Source of the DNA: Asterias rubens
Taxonomy: Eukaryota
Reading direction: 5' to 3'
Assembly: GCF_902459465.1 (NCBI RefSeq)
Contig: NC_047071.1
Span: forward strand, 10,726,001 to 10,790,000
DNA length: 64,000 nucleotides
Each line of letters opens with the position of its first letter. Within the stretch, counting starts at the first letter, position 1. This document shows positions 47,367-59,300 of the stretch, piece after piece. The notes beneath the pieces are model-generated. The model saw only the letters and a program-made list of their open reading frames with translations. It did no database searches and was not told where the DNA came from. The position numbers were made by a program, and so were the translations under genes.

Positions 47367-50300
47367 ATGTTTGTAAGATCGCTTGTACCCCTCGCCGTCT
47401 GGGTGTTTTTGACTCACACTGCCAATACGCTAAAGGCACCCCTACGAATAGGTGGGCTGCTTCACACGTCTGGAAGTTCACCGGCTGTGTTCTTTGGACA
47501 GACCGCCCTTGTTGGGGCGCAGCGTGCGGTTGATGATATCAACGCCAGAAGCGATGTGTTGCCGGACTACGAACTGAAGTTCCAATGCAACAATTCAGAG
47601 GTAAGTTTGTTTTCAAGACACTGGACTTATTTGGTAATTATCAAAGACCAGTCTTATCACATGGTGTGTCTCAACACATCATAATATCAAATAAACTGTG
47701 AAAATTTGAGCTCAATTGGTCATCGAAGTTGCGAAATAACAATGGACAATCAACAGCTCTCGTACTTGTTACGAAATCAGGTTTTATGTTGTTTTGATTA
47801 ATTAACAGTATTGTCCACTGCCTTTAAAGAGGGCTCACCTTTGCGACAGTTAGTTCGACAGTTGGGTTGTTGTACACCAGCATTTGAAATGAAATTTTGC
47901 AAAATACAGCACAGGATAGGGAGAAATGGAGAACTGGTGAAAGGCTTTCCTGAAAGAATCAGATTAAGCTGAACATCTTCCATAATTTTGAAGAGGATGC
48001 GTGTCAATTAAAACCAGGGTGGGGTGGGCGATCATATCGGCTGGCAAGAGGTTTTACCACCACCCTAATGATGTGTCATTTTCAATCATATCCATCTTGT
48101 ATGCGTTGTAAAAGACCGGCGTTAAGCCGGGGGGGGGGGTTACGCCCTAGGATTCACGCATACCAGAAGCACCATTGGAAGAAGCTGACATAGTATAATA
48201 ATTGAGCGAATAACATCTCGACAAATCAGTGAAAATCGTATCAGGCGACTCGCGGATGCAGCTGTTTGTATTCTTTTTGTTGCATTTTTGTTTTGTTTAT
48301 GGTACAAAATATCTTCTGAACGCTGTCTACAGGCGAAAATATCACAAAGAGGCTGGCTAAAAGCTTGTAGGCAGGATCCATCGACATAAAAATGAATTGA
48401 CAAAAAACAACATTTCAGTCCATATTCAGAAAAAAACACGTTTGTTACCAAATCCGCGCCTTTGACCAATCAGTTAAATACACTGGACACTATTGCTAAT
48501 TGTCAAAGACCAGTCTTCTGACTTGGTGTATCTCAACATATGCATAAAATAAAAAAATTAAATTGTGAAAATTTAGCTCAATAATATTGGTCTTCGAGGT
48601 TGCGAGATAACAATGGAAGAAAAAACACCCTTGTCACGCGAAGTTGTGTGCTTTCAGGTGCTTGATTTCTTGACCTCAAAATCTAATTCTGAGGTCTCGA
48701 AATCATACTATCAATTAAGGTTTTATGCTAATAAAGTATTTTGAGTAACTACCAAACATTAATTTCCTCCCTTTTATTCATGTACTTTTTTGTTATTCGA
48801 TTTAACATAATAATCATTAAATTTAACAATTCATCAAAGCAGCATTCAAATTCACAGACGTGTGTGTCTCGAAAAAGAATGACGATACGCTAAATTGAAC
48901 AGAGTGCTAAAGGAATTTGACTCGACTCAAAACTAAATGAATGGCCGAATTCTGAATTTGAAACGCAGTGTATAAACCGGAGAGGCAAAATAGCTTTAAT
49001 TCGAACGCATGAAAATTAAATTGGCTGCTCATTTTCCGAAATTGACCGAGAAAACCTATGTTATACGATCAGGATTCTCGCATCTATACTTTTCCTACAT
49101 TATTTCTGAAATACGTGACATAAGAAAAGGTTTATGGGAATGAAAAGTTTTAAAATATAAATAGCTCGATGCACTCCAATAACAGGAAAAATAACAACGT
49201 GAGGACGACAATGACAAACTTAGGCTGTTTCGGAAAATCCTTTGAGGCACAAAGAATGGACGCGTGTAAAAAGGTTTCATGCCTTCATTTTCACAAGGTT
49301 ATTTTCTTCAAATGAAAATCAAGTAAGCCATTTAAGCCTTTTATAAAGTTTTTCATTTATATCTTGTTGCCTTCAAGTTTGTGTTTGTATTGCCTACCCT
49401 CCCAGGACATTTTTCATAGGGACAATAGGTCCTCACTAGTCGGTTCTTTGGTGTAATGGGTCCTCACTAGTCATTTGTGTACAAAAACCAATGGGAATTG
49501 CTTCAATACAGGAACAACAGAAAGTAAAATAGGTGTCCTCTAATGGCCGACCACGACTGTGTGTTTGCAATAGGTCCTCACTAGTCGGTTCTTTGGTGTA
49601 ATGGGTCCTCACTGGTCATTTGTGTGCAAAAACCAATGGGAATTGATTCAATACAGGAACAACAGAAAGTAAAATAGGTGTCCTCTAATGGCCAAACACG
49701 ACTGTGTGTTTGCAATAGGTCCTCACTAGTCGGTTCTTTGGTGTAATGGGTCCTCACTAGTCATTTGTGTACAAAAACCAATGGGAATTGCTTCAATACA
49801 GGAACAACAGAAAGTAAAATAGGTGTCCTCTAATGGCCAAACACGACTGTGTGTTTGCAATAGGTCCTCACTAGTCGGTTCTTTGGTGTAATGGGTCCTC
49901 ACTAGTCATTTGTGTACAAAAACCAATGGGAATTGCTTCAATACAGGAACAACAGAAAGTAAAATAGATGTCCTCTAATGGCCAAACACGACTGTGTGTT
50001 TGCAATAGGTCCTCACTAGTCGGTTCTTTGGTGTAATGGGTCCTCACTAGTCATTTGTGTACAAAAACTAATGGGAATTGCTTCAATACAGGAACAACAG
50101 AAAGTAAAATAGGTGTCCTCTAATGGCCAAACACGACTGTGTGTTTGCAATAGGTCCTCACTAGTCGGTTCTTAGTTTTAATGGGTCCTCACTAGTCATT
50201 TGTGTACAAAAACCAATGGGAATTGCTTCAATACAGGAACAACAGAAAGTAAAATAGGTGTCCTCTAATGGCCAAACACGACTGTGTGTATGCAATAGGT

Positions 50301-53300
50301 CCTCACTAGTCAGTTCTTTGTTTTCATGGGTCCTCACTAGTCATTTGTGTACAAAAACCAATAGGGATTGCAGTCGTATCTTTTGTCCTTTTAAACACAA
50401 ATCTACTTGAGCTGGGCTCGAACCTGCGAACACCGGCAGCTTAACCTAGTGACTCTCAACCAACTGAGCTGTTTGTATAATGTTGACGGTTTTAGGCCTT
50501 ATGTAGACACTATTTGTACGAGGACCAACTGGCGTTGCTTTTACTCCAATGTGCATCTTCGTAAGAGCCCTCTTGTTAAAACAATTAAAGTGTTATAACT
50601 TACATGTCAATTGCTTTATGTCATTGTCACAAAGTCTCAGATCGGGGTGTCATTGGATATACTGTACGACTTTCTGCAAGAACCAGAGTTGTTAGTGGCG
50701 TTTATAGGTCCAGTGCAGTCTCCAGTTGCAGACGTAATAGCACAGGTCTTAAAACGGAGAAATGTTATCCAGGTAAGTGTTTGAACGAACATCTCTGTGA
50801 GCTATGTTTCTACTTGTAGTTCTTTTCCTGTGACTGGAACTTCCGTTATTAGCCTTGCTCAAACCAAATTAAATGTCATTCAACGGTTCAACCAGGCGTC
50901 GGATAAAACTGATTCAAGGCTGTTGTACGAAACGAATAATATACTACACTTCTCTTATGTTAGCTATTTTGAGTTTCCTTATTTTTACCGCCAGAATTGG
51001 AATTGTAAAATTGTCTCTTTCTTCCCCTTGTTGAGGACTCGGCTTAATTGAAATGTGGTTTCAGACCGGTTAAGTGTTCGATGTTAAAACGGAGCCTTGG
51101 TATATCCAAGTAATATAAAATTGTGATGACTTCCTTCTTTGGCAGTTGCAAAGCACAATTTTTGTACAATTAAGTATCTTACTAAAAATGGTATGCATGC
51201 GAAATACTGGAGATGTTGTCCCGATGATGTCGTCGGGTTTGTCAATCTAGTCTAAAACCACACATTTGGTGCGTCCGTTTAGCTTCCCTGTATCTACCCC
51301 ACGGTGCTCACTCGGGTGAGCCCCTGACATTAGCTAAACGAACGACCACTCATCGCTCTCGTAGTGACGTCGTTTACCTGGGGCCAGCCCCAAAGTGACC
51401 CACTCCACAAGCAGGGCACTGGGGGCTGGCCTGGGTGAGCCCCTGGAATTACGTTAAAAGCTGTTCGAACGCACCGGGCAGACCGGGGATGACCCAGAGA
51501 AGCTAAACGAACGCACCCATTATTAAAAATGTGTTGTACAAAATGAAAATAATATGTGTCGCAATGAAAATTACTCTTATCGCAGCTTATGACGTTTTCA
51601 AGACAGATTTGCCAAGTTTTTGAATTGTAAGACATACACAGGCCCTGTTACACAGTCCGCGACACCGAGAACTACAACGACAACATTATCAATACACGCC
51701 CTCGATTGGTTGAATAAGCGAGGGCGTGTCCTTTACGGAGCAATTCAACCAATAGAATGCGTTCTCTTTGCGTCGTTATCGTTATCGTTCTCGTTATCGT
51801 TGCAGTGGGACCCGGGCCTCTATAGTGTAGCACCTTCCCAGAGTTTTACTATTATGACAGTTGTGATAATTTTGACCATCTGCATATTATTTTCTTTGTT
51901 GGTTGCCATTGCCCAAAACCAGAAGTTTAAATTGTGTGATACAAAACAAAATTAATTTGTTTTGCCTGAATGAACGACCTCACAAGTACAACAGTCCCCA
52001 CTCGCTTTTGACCTCGACACGGATTATCAATTAATTAGGAAAGTATGCTGACCTACGTTCTCTGTCAATCAGGAATGCAAAAACCCAATCTACTGTTTTT
52101 CGCCATTTAAAGCCAGTGGACACTATTGTTAATTGTCAAAGACTAGCCTTCACAGTTGGTGTATCTCAACATATTCATAAAATAACAATCCTGTAAAAAT
52201 TTGTGCTCAATCTGTCGCCGATTTTGCGAGATAATAATGAAAGAAAAAAACACCATAGTCACACGATGTTGTGTGCGTTTAGATGGTTGTATTCGAGACC
52301 TCAAGTTCTAAACTGGAGGTCTCAAAATCAAATTCGTGGAAAATTACTTCTCTCTCGAAAACTATGGCACTTCAGAGGGAGCCGTTTCTCACAATGTTTT
52401 ATACCACCAACCTCATCCCATTACTCGTCACCAAAAAAGGTTTTGACCTAATAATTATTTTGAGTAATTACCAATAGTGTCCACTGCCTTTAAACAGGAA
52501 ACTCGTTATTTGTTCAAGTCTGCACGAATTTCCCAATTACTTCAATAGTCACGATTTAATCAGGACGTAAGGTCTCTGCTTGTGCTTGATCGGATACACA
52601 TTGACCCTTGTTAAGGCAGTGGACACTATTGGCAAATGTCAAAGACCAGTCTTTTCACTTGGTGTATCTCCACATAATTATGCAAAAAAACAATTAAACC
52701 TGAATTTTGACCTCAATCGGTCGTCGAAGTTGCCAGATACTAATGGAAGAAAAATCACCTTTGTCACACGAAGTCCGTTGCTTGTTGCAAAGTACATTTT
52801 TGTGCTTTCAATTATTTTGAGTAATTACCAATAGTGACCAGTGCCTTTAAAAAAGAGCCAATTCGCAATATCTTAAAGAGAAAGTGTACCTTTTTTTTAA
52901 ACAATTTGATTGCTTTAGTCATGTTTGTTGATTCAATAAAACAAACCTGTGGACATTTCAATTTAAAACTTGTCTCGTGCTTGAGATATCGCCGATCGGT
53001 TGAAACGCACCACGGTGAAGATAATCCGCAATGGGCTTGCACAATCTTTAATCACCAATAAATTTTAACTGCACTAAGTTCAAAGAATGGTTTACAAAAC
53101 GTATTCCCTCCCTTTTAAGGCACTTGACATCTTTGGTAATTATTAACAAAGACAGGTATGCTCATTGGCGTATCCCAACACCAGAATACATTCACAAACC
53201 TGTACAAATGAACGTTCAATGTTGCAAACAAATAATGAGTATTCAAACTTGCAAGAAAATAATGAAGTAAGTAGGATTTGAAACTTTGCATGGTGGAAAT

Positions 53301-56300
53301 AAGTTATAGAGGAGCATACTGATCGAAACGTCGAGTTAACCCAACGGTTCTTTACAGAACCACACCAACTCATTTAGAGATTGTTATTACATGGTGTTAC
53401 CGCAAACTCTTCTATATAATAATGAAGTAAAAAACACCCTGCTGTGCACATTCATTTGCATTCATATGCCTTGTTTGCATTCAGATGCCTATACTTATTT
53501 CTTTTTAAGATAGTGCGATTTGTTTTGTTAAGGCTTCGGGTCTGAAATGTGAGAAATTACCTTATTTTTCTCCAAAACTACGTTACTTCAGAGGGAGTAG
53601 CCTTGCTCAAGGCAGTCGCATTATTCGCTCCGAAAAAACGCCGCTGTAAACCCACCCGTATACCCTGTGCGTGGTGCGTGCGATCACACCGCATGACCCA
53701 CCCGTATACACACTGTCATATCGTACGACTACTGTGCACACAAGTCATCCGCACTCGTACCACTAACCGCATGGGGAGGCCGTCAGCATGCGGATAGTGT
53801 ATGGGGGCATCGTGTCGTGCGATGTTACGCACAGTGAATACGGGCGGTCTTTTTTCGGAGTGAATAATTCGACTGCCTTGATTAAGGCTACAGAGGGAGC
53901 CGTTTCTCATAATGTATTATATTGTCAACAGCTTTCCATTGCTCCTTACCAAGTTAGTTTGTATGCTAACTTGACTTTAGTACTGCCTGTATGTACGTTT
54001 TGTTTTGTATTCGTGACGAATTGTCAAACCCGTAATGGAAGAATTGTGTAACGATAGTAACTATCATACACAATTCTTCCATTTCTACGGGTTTTAAAAA
54101 CACTAGACACTATTGGTAATTGCCAAAGACCAGGGCCCAATTTCATAGAGCTGCTTAACGGTAAGCAAATTTTTTCGCTTAACGTAGCAAAAATAGTTGC
54201 TTAAAACCATTCGGATTCCATGCTAAACGTACACGAGCTTAAGCACGCAAACAATCTGCGCGCGGAGATTTTAGATCGTTTGCTTAAGCAAAACAGAAGA
54301 AGGCAGTGTATTTTGCACTGTGTGCATGGCCTAGGGCTGCTTGACGGTAAGCAAATATGTTGGCTTAACGTAGCAACAAAAATTGCTTAAGCGTAAACCT
54401 ATTTCACCAGCGGTTGCTAGCTTAAGCACGTAAACAAACTGCGCGCGCAACATTTTAGATCGTTTGCTTAAGCGAAAAAGAAGAAGGTGCTGACAAAATG
54501 GCGGGCGAAATAAATGCGGAGTGCACTCGAGTGGCGATAACAAAAATTCATCACCTTCTGTGTCTGATATGTATTATTTGTAATGGTTCAAAGTGCCCCT
54601 CGAAAGGTTTACACACTAACTTGAAAGTAAACAAGAAGATAATACATTGTACAGCATGATTGTGAAGCATTTTAGACACTCGTTTGTTCGCTACACCTAC
54701 CATACAAACGCACGTACAATCACCGCTGTGCCGGCACAATAACATCGTTTGCAACGAGTGTTGCACTATGCGCTGTGTGAATAGGATGCTTAAGCAAAAT
54801 AGAGGCTATAAGGACCCTTTTTGTTTGCTTACCTATGTAAGCAAAAAACCTTGCTTAAGCAAGGGTATGAAATTTGCTAGGTGCGCCCGTTAAGCACAAA
54901 ATCGACCGTTACGGGATGCAGCTCTTTGAAACTGGGCCCGGCGCTTAAACAGGGTGCTTAAGCAATGGGGCTTTAAGGACCCTTTTTGCTTGCTTGCCTC
55001 GCCGTTTTAAGCAAAAAACCTTGCTTAAGCAAGGCTATGAAATGAAAAACTTGCTAGGTGCACCCGTTAAGCACAAAATCGACCGTTAGCAGCTCTATGA
55101 AATTGGGCCCAGTCCTCTCACTTGATGTATCTCAACATTATGCATAAAATAGCAATCCTGTGAAAATTTGAGCTCAATTGGTCGTCGAAGTTGCGAGATA
55201 ATAATGAAACAAAAAAACACCCTTGTGTTGTGTGCTTTAAGATGGTTGATTTCGAGACCTCAAATTCTAAATCTTCGGTCTCGAAATCAGATTCGTAGAA
55301 AATTACTGCTTTCTCGATAACTACGTCACTTCAGAGGGAGCCGTTTCTCACAACGTTTTATACTATCAACATCTCCCCATTACTCGTAATAAAGAAATGT
55401 TTTATGCTGATGATATTTTGAGTCAGTACCAATAGTGTCCACTGCCGTTAACCATTACAACTCGTTTCAACCACGTCCGTGTGTTTTCCCCCCTTTGAGA
55501 TGAGTCCTGGCGCAACCAGCACCATCTTCGAAGATCGTGTAAAGTATCCCTACGTGTACCGTACCAGTTCCTTATGGAGTGAGTCTAGCATAGCAGAAGC
55601 TGAGATCATCCGTACGTTTGGATGGGGGAAGATTGCAACTCTACAGGGAGACATTGAACCACATGGAACGGTAAGTGAATTCATACAATGTCAAGCTTTT
55701 CCTCCTGTAGACGAACAATAGCAGCAGCTGTTACCATAAACAATAACGACAATGACGATGACCACAACAATGACAGTAAGAAGGCCAACTAATCAAAAAG
55801 GACAACAACAATATAAAAACGAAAAACCAAAAATAAAAAACAATCACAGATATGACATACCACCAACCGTGAAGATTTTTTCCTCCATGCACCAGCAGAG
55901 CAGCAGAAAGAGCAAACAGATAATGTGTATTTGTGAAGTGCGTTACTCCTTTTTCATACGAATTTTTCGAAGTGAAATTGGCCACGTTTTGCCTCAACTG
56001 ATTAAGAAAACACATAATATTAAAAAGATAAATAATATTAAATGTTTTCTTAATCAGTTGAGGCAAAACGTGGCCCATTTCACTTCATAAAATTCACATT
56101 TTAAGCAATTTTGACCTTCACTAATCAAATAAGTTAATTTGGTCGTAGAGATCACTTAATTTCGCAAGCGCAAACATTTTGTCAGCCTTTAAATAGTTTA
56201 CAAACAGTCGGTAGAAATTCATTGAAAAGTGTTGTAAATTTCCGTTGGTAGGGGTTGGTGTATAGTTGGTATCTTTCATCGCCTTAAATCTCTAGCACCT

Positions 56301-59300
56301 CGGTTCAAATCACATTTGGGCATGTTTATTTAGTCCCTGACCGACTGCGTGGAATTTCTCTTGCATATTTCTCCCAGGTTTTTCTCCCACAAAACACAAC
56401 AATCCTTTCTTGTATCCTTTATTGTTGGGTTATCGGCTATTACAGTGATTGATCAGGCTTTTCTGAGGTCCCTGGCTTCACGACCTGATTAAATCAAAAA
56501 TACAGTTACAAAACAATCTATGTAGAATCGTAATTTACGGCACGGAGTCGGTTCTTGAATTGGTCTCAACACTTGGACTAGCTTGCTCTAGTCAACATCA
56601 GGAGACGAGTTTGACATTGATATTGTTTTAAAATATTTCAGCTCATCCAAATGCTTCAAAGGGAAGCGTCAACAAGCAACTTTTCTCTCGTCATCTCAGA
56701 AACTATCCGTGATGATCCGATGGAGGCCTTGCAGAATATAAAGGTTAAACAATCTTTTAGTGTTCCACCTGCGGTACTCAGTACTAAGGTCAGACCTTGA
56801 AATACACTTCTTGCATCGCAAATCAATTCGGTTTGTAATATAATATTTTGATGTCCTCCACAATATATCCTCTTGCTTTAAATTATTCCCGGCGATTTCT
56901 TTGTTGGTACTAAAATATTTTATTAAACAATAATTGACTTGTGATGTTTAAGATACATTAAAGACACGGGACACTATTGACAATTGTCAAAGACTTGTCT
57001 TCTCAGTTTATCTCAACATACGCATAGAACAACCTACCTGTGAAAACTTGAGCTCAATTGGTCGTCAAAGTTGCGAGAAAATAATGAAAGAAAAAACACC
57101 CTTGTTACACAAAGTGTTGTGTGCTTCCGGATGCTTGATTTCGAGTGAGACCTCAAGATCTAATTCCGAAGTCTCGAAATCAAATTGGTGGAAAATTACT
57201 TATTTCTCGAAAACTACGTTACTTCAGAGGGTGCCGTTTTGTCACAATGTTTTATACTATCAAACAGCTCTCCACTAGTGTCCACCGCCTTTAAACAATG
57301 GCATCATATATAATTGACTTGTGATTTTTAAGGCACATGAAAGAGCATTGGTACAGAATAAAACTTATCGAAAATAGAAGGGGTTCGCCCCGGTGTTTCT
57401 GGCTGTGGCTGCTAAATGCGCCGCAACACCTTGTAAACCATTACAGGTGCTATATAAATTGTGTCTTGAAATTCATCACTGCAAAACCTGTCTGAAAGTT
57501 TGTATTCACTCACATAAGACTTTGATATTATTATGTCATTGTACGATGCTGGTGCTTTTCGCAACCGATGTTTACACTTTTCTGAAAACAAAATGTTTTA
57601 TTTATATTTGTCTACCTTTTGTCATTATCCTTTTTAGAACAAAGAGGCTCGAATTATAGTTGCTTCATTCTTCGAAGACAAAGTTCGTAAAGTCTTCTGC
57701 AGCGTAAGTGTAGATTTCGAAGTCGACTTATTAGGAAGTATACCTGCGGATGTTTTTTTTTTTTTTATTTTTTTTTTATTTTTTATTTTTTTGCGGGTAT
57801 CTGGTTGTCTTGCATCTTTGTTTGAAAAACAAAAGCACAACATGGGAATTGGTTTTGTGACACTTAAACAGATTTGTAAAAATAGTATATGTGAAAAATA
57901 GACGGGGTAGGCCTCAGAAGAGATGGATAAATGACATCATCGCCAACAGCATATTCTACCTGGAACACCGAAGAGCGAAAGATAAGAAAGAATGGAGAGT
58001 GAAAATTCGTGGAGCCAGCATCCTGCGGAAAATTGTGCAAGATTGATTGAGTCTACGCCAGCAGATCATATCAGAACTAAATTATTTACACATTTTCTCC
58101 AACCACTTTTATCCAAAATTGTCCAATCAAGTTAGCCGTATTGTCCAATTAGCCGACCTCAAAATCAACATCTCCCCTCAACCCCCCGTCAGTCATTATG
58201 TTTATGCATGAAACAGTTAACAGCCTACTTATAGATTTCGCGAAGGACAAGTGAAAACACAATACACTCACAGTATTTTTTATTTTGCTATTTTGTCACC
58301 AACTCGTATCTTTAGTTGTTTTAAGATTTCATATAAGATTTCTCCACTCGACCTCACTTTTATCATTATTCGTAGGATTGCCTAAAACACTTACAGGCAG
58401 TGGACACGATTGGTAATTACTCAAAACAATTATTTGCATTAAATCTTACTTGACGACGAGTAATGGGGAGAGGCTGATAGTATACAACCTTTTGAGAAAC
58501 GGCTCCCTCTGAAATAATGTAGTTTCAGAGAAAGAAGTTATTTTCCACGAATTTGATTTGATTTCGAGACCTCAGATTTAGAATTTGAGGCTTCGAAACA
58601 AAACATCTAAAAGCATACATCTTCGTTTGACAAGGGTGTTTTTTCTTTAATTATTATCTCGCAACTTCGACCACCGATTGAGCTCAAATTTTCACAGCTT
58701 TGTTATTTTTTGCATATGTTGAGATACACCAACTGTGAATAGTAGTATTTGACAATTACCAACAGTGTCCGCTGTCTTTAATGGCATGTATGTTTAGTAG
58801 AATCTTTCTTGAATATGAGATGACAACGCAATACGCACTACAATTAATTCAACCGTTTCCCCCACCATGTTTTATCTGAATTTGTTTATGATTTTAAATT
58901 TACAATTTCTCTCCTCAAGGCCTTTCAACTGGGGATGTATGGAGCCAATTACGTGTGGATGATACCGGGTTACTTTGCAGACGACTGGCAGTCAGTAAAA
59001 CAAGATGGCGTCAGTTGCTCAGCCGAAGACCTTAAGATGGCTTCAGAGGGGTACTTTGGCTTCACACCGGCCTTGCATGCCTTCAGTAAAGATACAGGGC
59101 GATGCGGAAAGGTAGTTTTAGGTGTTTTACTATTAAGAATAATTTGTGTACGGTGTTGTTTGTCATGTATGTATTTATGTATATATAATGAGTATGGTAG
59201 ATGGCCTTATTTAGCTTTCGATCCAAACTGGACCGTCTTCAGAGGCATAATCAAGAACAAACACAAATACATACACAATCATAGAAAAAAACGAGGAGTG

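Noticed and set aside
49425-50367. CRISPR-like look (short motif GGTCCTCACTAGTC separated by spacers)
   Set aside because: The spacers are identical from unit to unit, the context is a eukaryotic intron, and there are no cas genes. It is a simple tandem repeat.
50405-50470. tRNA-like A/B boxes (also ~41330-41365, ~22565-22600, ~30540-30575)
   Set aside because: No complete cloverleaf; consistent with decayed SINE heads.
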